Positions 41,501 through 51,830 of a stretch of 64,000 nt of DNA are shown in pieces; the first letter of the stretch is position 1, and the number at the start of each line of letters is the position of its first letter. Both the position numbers and the translations under genes were made by a program. Source of the stretch: Phoronis australis (lineage: Eukaryota > Animalia > Phoronida). The stretch spans positions 248,001 to 312,000 of the forward strand of contig NMRA01000408.1 of NCBI GenBank assembly GCA_002633005.1, read 5' to 3'. The notes under the pieces were generated by a model. The model did no database searches and was not told the DNA's origin. It saw nothing but the letters and a program-made list of their open reading frames with translations.

Positions 41501-44500
41501 TTGTTCAAAACATGGCGAAACATTAATTTATGCTTTACATCGTTAGAATTGCGAGTCAGCTGCCATTCAGAGTGTCTTTCAAAACCAACAAGCCAAAAGT
41601 ATTTGATCAAAAATGTATTTTCCAGAAAAAAAAAACAACTGAAGGAGTACTGTAAGGGTGAAAAATTGACAAAAATACAAACCAGCTACAAAATCTTTTA
41701 TAAAGCAGTGTGAAAAAATACCCTGCATCCAAATATTACAAATCATACTGCCACTGATAAAAATGCAAGATATGATAAAAATGACCTATAATATTGCACA
41801 ACCAATAAAACTTATTTGTTGTTATCAATTAATAAAAGTACAAATCGCAAAGGTTGTCATGTTTTGACACATAAATATCTAACTGTGTCTGAACTGCAAC
41901 GTGCTTTGAAATTCGTTATCTACCGTACCTCAAATCTGCATTTCTTCTATCGACTGATAACAACATTGTTGCTGTCAACACCTGGACACGCACGTAAGCT
42001 ACATGATTACAATTCCGTTGAAGATCGAATGATCATGTTCTTGCGTCATTGCACTGAGAAATGAGGAACTATGGACTTTTTCACGACACATTTTATCTAC
42101 CACACAATACATCACTGTACTTGTCCACATGACATCAATGACCTACATTACATTTGGACACGTGTTGATGACAACGCCACCTGTGGTGACTGACGAACAA
42201 TAGAAGGCATCTTGAAACGCAATGTGGTCATTTGCAAACAACAAAAATGAACCCAAAATAGCTGTAAAGCACCCCTTTTAAGATTNAGGTCAGTAATTGT
42301 TTCATTGGGAAGATTCTCCGTTGCTTAATGATTTCTTACAATTTGAAGTTTACGATTTCAGTTTTGCCTAATTAGCCCTACGCGCGTCCTTTAAATGATT
42401 CACATGAATCAACACCCCCATTAGGATGTCAACCTCAACACGAATGGTTAGCTCATCTCGCACCATCCGCACTGCTTTCAGATGAGTTATTTTCATCGTA
42501 GGGGCACTGAGATGCTCACTTATGTAGCAACATATATTTCATTTTAGATTGAAAAACAATAATATTGTTGGTCAAATTTCAAATGAAATGCATTGTTGGG
42601 CACACATTGGTCAAAACATGGCGAAACAGTAATTTATGCTTTACATCGTTATAATTGCGAGTCAGCTGCCATTCAGAGTGTCTTTCAAAACCAACAAGCC
42701 AAAAGTATTTGATCAAAAATGTATTTTCCAGAAAAAAAAACAACTAAAGGAGTACTGTAAGGGTGAAAAATTGACAAAAATACAAACCAGCTACAAAATC
42801 TTTTATAAATCAATATGAAAAAATACCCTGCATCCAAATATTACAAATCATACTGCCACTGATAAAAATGCAAGATATGATAAAAATGACCTATAATATT
42901 GCACAACCAATGAAACTTATTTGTTGTTATCAATTAATAAAAGTAAAAATCGCAAAGGTTGTCATGTTTTGACACATAAATATCTAACTATGTTTGAACA
43001 GCAATGTGCTTTCAAATTCGTTATCTACCGTACCTCAAATCTGCATTTCTTCTATCGACTGATAACAACATTGTTGCTGTCAACACCTGGACACGCACGT
43101 AAGCTACATGATTACAATTCCGTTGAAGATCGAATGATCATGTTCTTGCGTCATTGCACTGAGAAATGAGGAACTATGGACTTTTTCACGACACATTTTA
43201 TCTACCACACAATACATCACTGTACTTGTCCACATGACATCAATGACCTACATTACATTTGGACACGTGTTGATGACAACGCCACCTGTGGTGACTGACG
43301 AACAATAGAAGGCATCTTGAAACGCAATGTGGTCATTTGCAAACAACAAAAATGAACCCAAAATAGCTGTAAAGCACCCCTTTTAAGATTCCAAAATTGC
43401 CCAGCATGCTTGTAAAGGCTGAATCACCCGTCTCTCCATCAGAGTTTTGATTCTACCGATCTAGCATATGGTGTGTATGCAGTGTTCACAGCAGCTAACA
43501 ACGGAGGAAGACGTTCTGATTTTTACAAGGTACCCTGGTACTTCCAATGTGAACAGTGTGATTGTGAGATGAAAGCGAAGACGACGAAAATAACGGCAAT
43601 GATCTGGAGTGCGCACCAGCGCCATTGATGTGCGAAGGAGCTCCGTGTGTTTGCATGACCCAGCTGGACTGTTGTCTGTAGAATTGGTGGGGTTTGTACC
43701 TGAACCTGTAGTCGCTGTGTGACAAGTTGCGATAATCTAGATAAGCCATGTTTTTTTAGTTTTCAAGTGCAGAGAAAAATGTTCGCGGAAATCTTTGGAA
43801 TACTTACCGAGATCACAATAGTGACGCCAAAATGATGTATATAGTGGACGATTCCTGGTCACTCCATGCTGATGCACTGGTCTGACCTTTATAATTTACT
43901 TAGATCATTTGGCCGCTGGGATTATTAGTGTCAGTAATTAGTACAACAGCTCATGAAATATTTGTTTTATTAGCATTGTCCAGATATGACATTAATTTGA
44001 TTTCAGTGGGCAGTAATATCATCTAATGTATTCACCGCTAATGTATTCGAAAATCGTGTTTCTGTGCACAGAGCTATTTGCAAGACAAGGAACTGTATTT
44101 CAGTGCCTAGCACCTCACTTATCTATATTCCTCACACATACCATCATCAGGAAGATGAGATTTCAGGAAGAACTCGAACAAGGATCTCGGAAATGAAACC
44201 TTGTCTGAAGACATGAAATCAACCTCACACTCGTGAACAGTGACTTTAAAAGCGGCAGTGAATAAATGCAGTGCTTCGAAATGCTGCAATGAACCCGCAT
44301 TCCGTCAAAAAGATATTTTATTTAACAGATGACCATAACACTGGACTCAACTTGCTCCATACTAAACAAGTATCTTCTTGGGTTGATAACTGACAGTTTG
44401 TTAGTGTCGGAGGTCATACTCAGTGCATAAAATGGTTCATGGGAGGCAGAGGATAAAGCAGCCCACAAGTATTGAGAATGACCTTATGACCTTGAGCAAT

Positions 44501-45272
44501 GAAGAGCTGTCAGATCTTCCAAAGTCCTAACAATCCTTTCTAATCCCAGTTGGTAGTGATATTTCATCGATTTAGGACAAAAATAATGTCCGAAATTGCC
44601 ATGTTCTCACTTTTCAAGTTCGTCAAACATCATTGTTGTGGATGTTTAGAACTTTCCATTAATAAGCTACTGTGCAGAACTTGAAAAGCACTTATCTGGT
44701 GTTACATCTAAAAATTGGAAAATGATACTTTTAAATCATCCGCCATTTTCCATCTGATAGTAGCTGTGATTGACAGCTTCATGACAGTGAAGTGTTACTT
44801 AGCAACTTCGCGCGAATAAAACGCAAGAATTTTAAGTAGAATTTCAACCCCAAACATTGTGTCCTAATAGGCGACTTTACTGTCAGAAGTTAAGGTCTAA
44901 TTTAAAAGTGGTTAACTGCTAATAAATCAAAAGACGCCATAAAATCTTACCCATTTTGGAAAAAGTAATTTCTAGAATTGCCCTTTCTACATTTTTCAAA
45001 ACCAGCTAAAATTGTCGTAAATGCGCACCATATATTTTTAAATAGTGTCTGGCTGAGTACTCAGAAATGGCGATGAAAACATTAATTTGGAGCAACTTAT
45101 TGTTTTAATAAGAAAAAACATTATAAAATAAAAAACTTAACTTAATTTTGAAAAATGTGCCATTAAATTGGTCATATTTTAACATTGCTTTGGTTTATCA
45201 CAGAAAACATACTCTCCTACTTACCTGAAAGGAAGTGGTCTGCTTAAGGAGGTATCCATCTTTGATACAAGC
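1028..45272 (-). CDS. DGKH: Type II diacylglycerol kinase (DGK eta/delta-like), partial. join(complement 45225-45272, 40773-40835, 37858-37939, 35843-35947, 16095-16224, 11379-11488, 5791-5919, 1028-1207); PH + C1A + C1B + start of catalytic domain
   Basis: Eight exons, each bounded by AG and GT, with compatible phases (846 nt, 282 aa once the N at 37873 is removed). The translation follows vertebrate DGKH/DGKD motifs in order: [95 protein letters not shown]. An invertebrate gene would be co-orthologous to DGKH/DGKD/DGKK, so the symbol is approximate. Confidence 0.95.
5252..5671. mobile_element. Non-autonomous DNA transposon (MITE), PIF/Harbinger-like, with internal (GT)n
   Basis: ~30-bp imperfect TIRs: CCGTCCACACACAGACGTACCCTAAAACA versus reverse complement CCGTCCACACACACACTTACCCTAGAACA. 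(TG)n at about 5567-5598. Related truncated copy at 33055. Superfamily assignment is inference. Confidence 0.75.
5791..5919 (-). CDS. DGKH: DGK exon: C1B domain ([43 protein letters not shown])
   Basis: 129 nt. Acceptor TAG at 5922-5920, donor GTAAGT at 5790-5785. Not in the ORF track; translated by hand. Confidence 0.96.
6080..7366 (+). mobile_element. Helentron/DINE-like non-autonomous element with ~130-bp degenerate internal subrepeats
   Basis: Recurring unit: CCACTAGGnGGC-like motif ... GAACACATCTGCCAAATTTCA ... GAGATACAG ... ACACAAAA. It ends in GACAGACTGACGG plus a short stem-loop and As. Class assignment is inference. Confidence 0.55.
8480..9035 (+). repeat. Dispersed repeat, related to 50405-50935
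   Basis: Shared colinear blocks: CAGATAGC...GAGATCT, GCCATC...GATTT.AACCAAAA, GTTGTGAGTA.ATT.CG.GT...GAT..GAAATGCA. Confidence 0.5.
11017..11365. repeat. Low-complexity trinucleotide-based satellite (CAA/CAC/CAT; 15-nt-like unit CAACACCAACATCAC)
   Basis: Directly visible tandem repeat. It produces the spurious MVLVMLV and VGDVGV ORFs. Confidence 0.95.
11379..11488 (-). CDS. DGKH: DGK exon: second half of C1A ([37 protein letters not shown])
   Basis: 110 nt. Acceptor CAG at 11491-11489, donor GTATG at 11378. Phase 1 in, 0 out. Confidence 0.95.
12508..12718. mobile_element. Tc1/mariner-type MITE
   Basis: TA|CAGGGTGA ... TCACCCGG|TA: short imperfect TIRs with TA on both sides. Confidence 0.55.
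16095..16224 (-). CDS. DGKH: DGK exon: first half of C1A ([43 protein letters not shown])
   Basis: 130 nt. Acceptor TAG at 16227-16225, donor GTAAG at 16094. Phase 0 in, 1 out. Confidence 0.95.
17446..17463 (-). promoter_or_regulatory. CTCF consensus motif
   Basis: Reverse complement GGCCGCTAGATGGCGCTG matches the CTCF core CCRSYAGRKGGCRS. Confidence 0.45.
20927..20978 (-). other. Candidate 52-nt cassette exon (poison exon or alternative start exon)
   Basis: Strong acceptor (TTTTTTTTCCATTTACAG) and donor CAC|GTAAGT. An internal ATG gives [12 protein letters not shown] in phase 0 with the downstream exon. Confidence 0.35.
23513..23909 (+). repeat. Diverged tandem duplication, 2 x ~200 bp
   Basis: Copies at 23513-23716 and 23717-23909 align throughout with substitutions and small indels. 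Confidence 0.9.
28691..28786 (-). CDS. Candidate alternative first coding exon of DGK ([32 protein letters not shown]), giving a PH-less isoform
   Basis: ATG at 28786 preceded by an in-frame TGA. 32 open, GC-rich codons end at CAG|GTACGT (donor at 28690), phase 0, matching the phase-0 acceptor of exon 16095-16224. Confidence 0.6.
28825..28859 (-). promoter_or_regulatory. Candidate internal core promoter (TATA-like box + Initiator)
   Basis: Minus-strand TCAGTT Inr (A at 28828) with TATAGAAA starting at 28859 (position -31). The Inr A is 42 nt upstream of the candidate ATG. Confidence 0.45.
33055..33267 (+). mobile_element. Truncated copy of the same MITE family as 5252-5671
   Basis: Colinear similarity, e.g. 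CCTAAAACACGTTA.CCTTAGAA, AAACTAGTGCAACTT, CTTACTCCACC, GAGGTAGG, CGCCACTTCTAA. Confidence 0.75.
33330..33570 (+). mobile_element. 3' part of Helentron/DINE-like element
   Basis: Colinear with 57260-57522. Ends with the hairpin ATGCGACCAC-GT-GTGGACGCAT followed by AAAAA. Confidence 0.6.
33814..33899 (+). repeat. 39-bp tandem repeat, 2.2 copies
   Basis: GGCAATCCTTACTTCTAGCCACCACATCACTGACGTCAT, exact twice plus a partial third copy. Confidence 0.95.
35303..35497 (+). repeat. 26-bp minisatellite, 7 full copies plus a partial copy
   Basis: Unit TTTCGCCAACCAATCACTGGCTGCCA; no spacers between units. Confidence 0.95.
35843..35947 (-). CDS. DGKH: DGK exon: PH domain C-terminal part ([35 protein letters not shown])
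   Basis: 105 nt. Acceptor TTTTCAG ending at 35948, donor GTAAGT at 35842-35837. Contains the invariant PH-domain Trp in the C-terminal helix. Confidence 0.96.
35987..36176. mobile_element. Palindromic MITE with TA ends
   Basis: TACACCTTATTCACGCTGTCGCCATTTTA ... TAAAATGGCGACTGCGTGATTAAGGTGTA. The arms pair over about 65 bp. Confidence 0.8.
37858..37939 (-). CDS. DGKH: DGK exon: PH domain middle ([27 protein letters not shown]), with a spurious N at 37873
   Basis: Acceptor CAG at 37942-37940, donor GTAAGT at 37857-37852. 82 nt as written; 81 nt and in frame if the N is deleted. Confidence 0.92.
40455..40756. repeat. 10-bp minisatellite (ACACTGAAAC/ATACTGAAAC)
   Basis: Directly visible. It produces the spurious [10 protein letters not shown] ORFs. 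Confidence 0.95.
40773..40835 (-). CDS. DGKH: DGK exon: PH domain ([21 protein letters not shown])
   Basis: 63 nt. Acceptor TTTTACAG ending at 40836, donor GTGGGT at 40772. Classic PH beta2-beta3 motif WxxRYFxL. Confidence 0.95.
41182..43390 (+). repeat. ~1.1-kb direct duplication separated by a single N (probable uncollapsed haplotypes)
   Basis: Copy 1 at 41182-42285, N at 42286, copy 2 at 42288-43390. Scattered SNPs in the first part; the 3' part appears identical. Confidence 0.9.
45225..45272 (-). CDS. DGKH: DGK exon: PH domain start ([16 protein letters not shown])
   Basis: 48 nt. Acceptor TTTTCACAG ending at 45273, donor GTAAGT at 45224-45219. PH beta1 motif IKxGxLxKQ. Confidence 0.93.
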
Positions 45273-45593
45273 CTGTGAAAACAAGTGGGAATATTACGAG
45301 AAGGCATAAATCTAATCACGCACCAGAGTACACTGTCCTGTTAATAGCCAAGATGTTCCAGCAAATTGATTATCAACATTACAGAAATAGACAGGTTACA
45401 GGAAACTGGAGCATGGGTTGTGTTTAGGAAAGATTGACAACAAATGCAGCAGGAAAATCACCCTTTATCAAATTTGGATCCACAATCGTTGTCATTGAGG
45501 ACTAGAAATGTTTGGGCGAGGGTCAGGGCTACAGCTGAATGATGAATAGTTAAGGTTAGCTCTCCATGATAGCAAGTAGCAGCATATGTTTAC

Positions 45594-46000
45594 AAAAACA
45601 ACTACAGGTCTAAACCGGCTTGACACGTTACGTTATGGTGTTTGGTGAGACACCACCATCAGAAGAAGAAACGCAGTGGTCACTTTGATAGGCTCAACAA
45701 ATAATGAAACACAGACACAGCTTTAAATTCGTGAGGCTCTACACATCATTTGGTGCAAGCCCAGTCTTAATTGGCAATTGGCACACCACAGGTTGTCATT
45801 GTGGTGTGTCAGCTGCTGATTGAGACTGGGCTTGTACCAATTGATGTGTAGAGCGCACAAATTCTAAGCTGTGTCTGTGTTTCATTACTTGTTGGGCCTA
45901 TCAAAGTGACCACTGTGTTTGTTCTTTTGATGGTGGTGTTTCAATAAACGCAGAAACACGTGGAAACATGTCAAGCCAGTTTAAATCCGTTGTTGCTTTT
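45594..46000. repeat. ~400-bp imperfect inverted repeat (foldback)
   Basis: Two ~200-bp arms pair around a 9-nt loop at 45791-45799. Confidence 0.9.
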
Positions 46001-46115
46001 ATTAAAGTTTGCCGTTTTCAAATTCTATAGGAGGCTGATGAAACAAACCGCTGACATAATACACATAGGTGACCATAATTTATAAATTTCCTAATTTAAT
46101 TGAGAATGATTACAC

Positions 46116-49023
46116 ACATTAACTTATCCTAGACAAACTGGATTTCTCCCAAGTTGTTTTATAGGAGGGATATACCACGGTGTAGCACGATATCCACAAT
46201 ATACTTAAGTCCATCGAAGTTATCAGTGTATAGGGGACACTGCTATCGTCAACAATTAAAGGACAGAGTCGTTGCTCATAGTTGCCTATCTTTTGCTCAA
46301 ATAATCACCAATCGAATTAGAAAATGTTTTATGTCAATTAGCACCTGTCAATGTTCCCAAATTGTCACAAAGAAATCTTAGCATGCAAGCGATGCATCAG
46401 GGATAGCTTGTGATTACTTCAATGACAACAGCATCACCTACTGTTTACTTGGATGTCCCTTATTACCAAAGCTGGTATGAACAGTCAGTTAACCTTGCAG
46501 TTTACCTTCATTGATTCTCTGCTCAGACTAGTGTTACCTCAGTGTGAAAGGGACTATAGAGTCTTAGATGATAAACCAGCATGACATCCCTTTGACCTCT
46601 GCATGACTATTATTGTCTCAAGTTCAGAGACCCAGCCTATGCAAACAGTTATGGTAATTTAATTCTTGTGGGGATAACCTCACTTCTGAATGTTAAGGAT
46701 CAAAAGAAAGAGTTTAGAAAGAGATCATCCACCAGTCCCCTTCTTTACAAACAAATCAGCAAACGAAAGTGCTCGACAGAGCGACAGTTGACGAAGTCGA
46801 ATGGAAAGCAACAACGATGATGACAAATGTGATTAAGAAATATAGACATAAAATGGTAAAGCAACGAAGTGAAGTATAATTCAATAAAAGAGGAATCATC
46901 GGAAAATGTCTGGAGAAACATGGAGCCCTTAACGAGGTTTATTCACGTACCAAATTTCAGAAAAATTCATCAAAAGACACCGGCGCTTGGCTGACTGTAA
47001 ACAGAACATTAGAATAATCCAGAATATTGAAAAGCGCTGCCTCCCCNACATTAACATATCCTAGACAAACTGGATTTCTCCCAAGTTGTTTTATAGGAGG
47101 GATATACCACGGTGTAGCATGATATCCTACAATATACTATAGTCAAACATTATGTTCCTGGTCTAATACGCACGTCAGACAGGGTTGCATTCCTACAGCA
47201 CTGCTGCAACCATAGTGTGACCAGAAAAAGAACAACATTGGCGACAAAGTGAACACAATGGGAGAAATTGTACCAAAAATACAAATTTAAAGTCATGCTC
47301 TTAACATGGCTTGTGCTTTCGTGGCATTTGCATTTACGGTGCTTTTTCTGTAACTTTTTCCATCGCACAACTACACCTGAAATTTGACCTATACTTCAGT
47401 TGTCTTTACATCACTATTGCATGAGGGCCTATCAAAAACAGGACTTGTATTGTTTTGGCAAAAAACTAAAAAAAAAAATACATAAAACAAAATCAAAATG
47501 ACAATTTAAAAACCTATAACACTGTTTTTGAGATTCCATAAGGACAATTATACCAAATAAAATTGGTCATGTAATTGATACTGTTTTTTCTATGAATGAA
47601 TCTTTCTTTTAGCTAATTTTACCAAAAAAGGAAATTAAAACATGACCCAATTGATAGATTAAAAGAGACCAAACAAATTCCACTGGCTTTCTACTTTCAG
47701 AAAATATATACTTCTACTGGCTTAAACTCTTCAGTTTAGCAGATATTTGATTAAACACACAGATGTTGATAAGGTCCGGCATAAATGTAAGAAGGTTTTA
47801 CATTGTATACCCAGAGAAGTAGAGCACGTGTCTAACTGAGGTGGGAGAAAAAGATAAACTTGCTTCTTGATACACAACCTTGGAAAAATCAATTTTTTTA
47901 CTGTTTTACTTCTAATATTAGCCTCAGTGCTTTCAATTTCCCACTAATAATAAGTAAGACAAGTTGCTAAAAACTGTTATTTGAATCAAATTGGTGTTTG
48001 CCAGTTACCTTCGAGTTCTTTATGTATATGGAAAGTTCAATGCTTTTGGCACTTAGAAGGCCGACGTGTCGATGTTTCGGAGAGTTGCGGTCAGTATGAA
48101 CAGTTAACTTCGATTCTCATCGAAGATAACAGTGCCAGTATACAGGTGGATTAAACAGCGGAGCGTCAATGGTCAGCTTTGGTCCATCGAATTTATCACT
48201 AGGGGACACTCGCTATCGTCAACAATTAAAGGAAAGGACAGTGCCGTCGCTCATAGTTGCCTATATTTTGCTCCAATAATCACCAATTGAATTAGAAATA
48301 AGTTTTATGTCAATTAGCACCTGTCAATGTTCCCAAATTGTCACTAAGAAATCTTAGCATGCAAGCGATGCATCAGCGATAGCTTGTGATTACTTCAATG
48401 ACAACAGCATCACCTACTGTTTATTTGGATGTCCCTTATTACCAAAGCTGGTATGAACAGTTCAGTTAACCTTGCAGTTTACCTTCATTGATTCTCTGCT
48501 CAGACTAGAGTTACCTCAGTGTGAAAGGGACTATAGAGTCTTAGATGATAAACCAGCATGACATCCCTTTGACCTCTGCATGACTATTATTGTCTCAAGT
48601 TCAGAGACCCAGCCTATGCAAACAGTTATGGTAATTTAATTCTTGTGGGGATAACCTCACTTCTGAATGTTAAGGATCAAAAGAAAGAGTTTAGAAAGAG
48701 ATCATCCACCAGTCCCCTTCTTTACAAACAAATCAGCAAACGAAAGTGCTCGACAGAGCGACAGTTGACGAAGTCGAATGGAAAGCAACAACGATGATGA
48801 CAAATGTGATTAAGAAATATAGACATAAAATGGTAAAGCAACGAAGTGAAGTATAATTCAATAAAAGAGGAATCATCGGAAAATGTCTGGAGAAACATGG
48901 AGCCCTTAACGAGGTTTATTCACGTACCAAATTTCAGAAAAATTCATCAAAAGACACCGGCGCTTGGCTGACTGTAAACAGAACATTAGAATAATCCAGA
49001 ATATTGAAAAGCGCTGCCTCCCC
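46116..49023 (+). repeat. Direct duplication across an N at 47047; the second copy has 1040 extra bp
   Basis: Copy 1 at 46116-47046. Copy 2 at 47048-49023 contains 47145-48184, which is absent from copy 1. Confidence 0.9.
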
Positions 49024-51299
49024 TGTGTACATTGCATGTAGCACAGGTCAAGGGATAAACACTAAACAATCTCAATCAAGAAAGCAACACTCTAAGTACA
49101 CTTTAAATATCGTATCCTCTGGGGGAAGCAAAACTAGGCGGGGAATTAATGAAAACATATCCACTGAATTCCACAAACATTGATCAAGGAGTTTCAAGAG
49201 TTGTACGTCAAAAAATTGCTATTGCTGCGCCAAGGTACAGTACTTATGGCATTTGTCCAAAAATTAATGACACCTTACCAGCAATAGAATTTACAAAGTG
49301 CCCAGTTTTAAAAAGATTGCTCAAGTGGTGTGTCAGAGAGAGCTGGATGGCAAAAAAATTGCCACTAGGCGGCGCAGCACTGCAAGGATTTGTTCCAAAT
49401 TAAACAAGTGCAATTTATTACTCAATGTGAAGACAAATGCCAAATTTTAAGATGAATAACAGGTAGATATGAAGCAAACAAAGATAATGCCACAAAGACA
49501 GTGATACCTATTGACTGTAGTCAGTTTCATCCAAAAATCAACTGTGTAAGTCCTCCACAGGAACACACAGTCGAGTAAAAATTGCATGAAAGTCCATGTA
49601 TGTGACTGAGCACATAAAAATGGTCACCAAAGCATCATCTTGTCCTGTTTCAACAAAAAAGCCACCATTAAGCTTTGAGCTATTGATGACAGGTGGTCTC
49701 TTGTAAATTTCATGTCAGTGGAAAATCAAACAAAAGTGTAAGCTCTATCAGGGGAACAAACAAAAAATGGAGAATTCATGACAAAGCACCATGATTTGGT
49801 GGATTTCAGTTCACCTAGTAATGAATATTAAGCAGTGTTCAAAGCATTAATATCTCAAAAAAGATGGCATTAGATTCCTTGAAAGCTTTGAAAGCATTAC
49901 TAAGCGTGTTACCCGAAATATAATAAAACATATTTTGTACAAAATGGGCATGCAAGCCACAATGTATCCGTGACTCTTTAGGCCAAGTCACGTTTCAGAA
50001 GCTATAAAATGATCAATAAAAATAAAACTGGGTTAGCAATTGACTGATTGATGAGAGCTGTGTCCAGACATCCATTTATTACTGGCACAAGTTGCCCCAG
50101 GTGCAAACTGTGATAGATATTAGTTTTAACCTAAAAATGAAACAAATGACCAAATACAATGAAAGTGCTCTGAGGATCATCACTTGGCGGAATTAACTGG
50201 AGAAATGAAAGAAAAATGATAGTGCTCTGGAGAGCGACACTTGGAAAAGTCGAACAAAAATTTAAAAGAGGGATCGATGATGAAACCAAGAACATAGGCA
50301 ACCACGACCCAAATGCCTGTTATACTAACGTACAGTAAATGATGAATATTATCTGTGCATTGAGGAATCGGTCAATAAGTCATCAAATCATAAAACCTTG
50401 AATATCGTAGCGAGAAATCAATCACGCATTCCAGATAGCCCGTGAGGAGATCTATTTACATAGTTACCAAATTTGACAAGAATCAGTCAAAGAATCGCAG
50501 AGCTAAGAGCTACTAAAACAAGTAAAAAATGGCCATCTTGCATCCGATTTTGCCCCAAAACAAAAGTCACTCGTCTAAAGCAGTAAATCTCGAATATTTC
50601 AAGAACCGTAAGTCGCAATGAAATGGGTTCCAAAAACAGAGCTAATAGTGCTAGAAACAATCTATCTGCATACTAAATTCAGACAGATCTGCCAAGGGAA
50701 ACCAAAGCTACAGTACAAAAACTCAATTAATTGTAGAGCAGTCATCGGAGAACCCTCGAATAACAGTCCTAGAGAAAAACAAATAGCACATTCCCAGTAG
50801 CTTGTGAAATGGCCTATTCATAACATTCACCACAATGCCATCTTGCTTCTGATTTTAACCAAAAAAAGGGTTCAAGCCATTCACGAGACGAGTTGTGAGT
50901 AAATTCCGCGTTGAACTGATACGAAATGCAACCTGCAGCGTGGGATCAAAGAAACAGATAATGAACGAACAAATTTTATGACAAAGCAACCCATTTGGAG
51001 AAATCTCATTTCACCAACTGATGATAATAGCGGATGATAATGATGACGACGATTCAGAAACATAGTCTAGTCTTCCTAATACCACTTTGAAGTCTAATGG
51101 TCTGTTTACACCAACCTTTAGCCTATTTACATTTGCCCCAAAATTTCGGTCGGTCACTTCTCCCGCCATCTTCAGGCATTACAGTGTTGTTAGAAAAACG
51201 AGCACAATCATGAGGGTTGGCTTATACATAAAAATAGATACAGAATGACATAACGAGCAAAACACTTGTGTGATTCTACTCAAAACTAGTAGCTTCCTT

Positions 51300-51830
51300 C
51301 ACTCCCAAAATGGAACAGCCACTAGCAGTGGTGCAGCAGTCAAATCCGTCTGAGAAATGACTGTCGTCACATTCCTCGGTGTCAATATTTCATTTTAGTT
51401 CAAATCCATCAATCAATTCTCTAGATATCACCCAGAAACATTCTTCTGCCCAAAAATACAGAAAAGCTCCTTGCCAAGACCAAAATGGACAATAGAGGGT
51501 GCTGAAGATGTCGAATTCACCCAGAAATTGACTTGTGCCAGCAGCACAAATCTCTTTCATTGAAATCTGATAATCAGATCTCTAGATATCATTTGAATTA
51601 ACACTCTTATCCCCAAAACTGCTGAAAAGCCTCGCTCTAGCTAGTAAAATGTGACCAAGAGTTTTTGAGACACTGAGCAGACAACTGGACAACAGGAAAC
51701 CACACAAAATGGCCACTAGGAGGTGCTACAGTGGTTAGATTTGTCAGATAATAGACTGATGGCAGTAAATTATCAAAACATACACCTGAGCCAAGTTTCA
51801 TTGAAATCTGCCACAGGGGCACTCGTCTGT
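51300..51830 (+). mobile_element. Fragment of the Helentron/DINE-like subrepeat family
   Basis: CCACTAGCAGTGG and TGGCCACTAGGAGGTGC motifs, plus CTAGATATCACCCAGAAAC and CCAAGTTTCATTGAAATCTGCC blocks shared with 56540-57522. Confidence 0.5.

Noticed and set aside
41459-43169. Paired near-identical ORFs suggesting a duplicated small gene
   Set aside because: They result from the duplication around the N at 42286, use non-ATG or arbitrary starts, and show no recognisable domain.
43809-43880. Consensus GTAAGT donor at about 43808 as a possible extra exon
   Set aside because: The phase-0 frame has a stop and no ATG or suitable acceptor.
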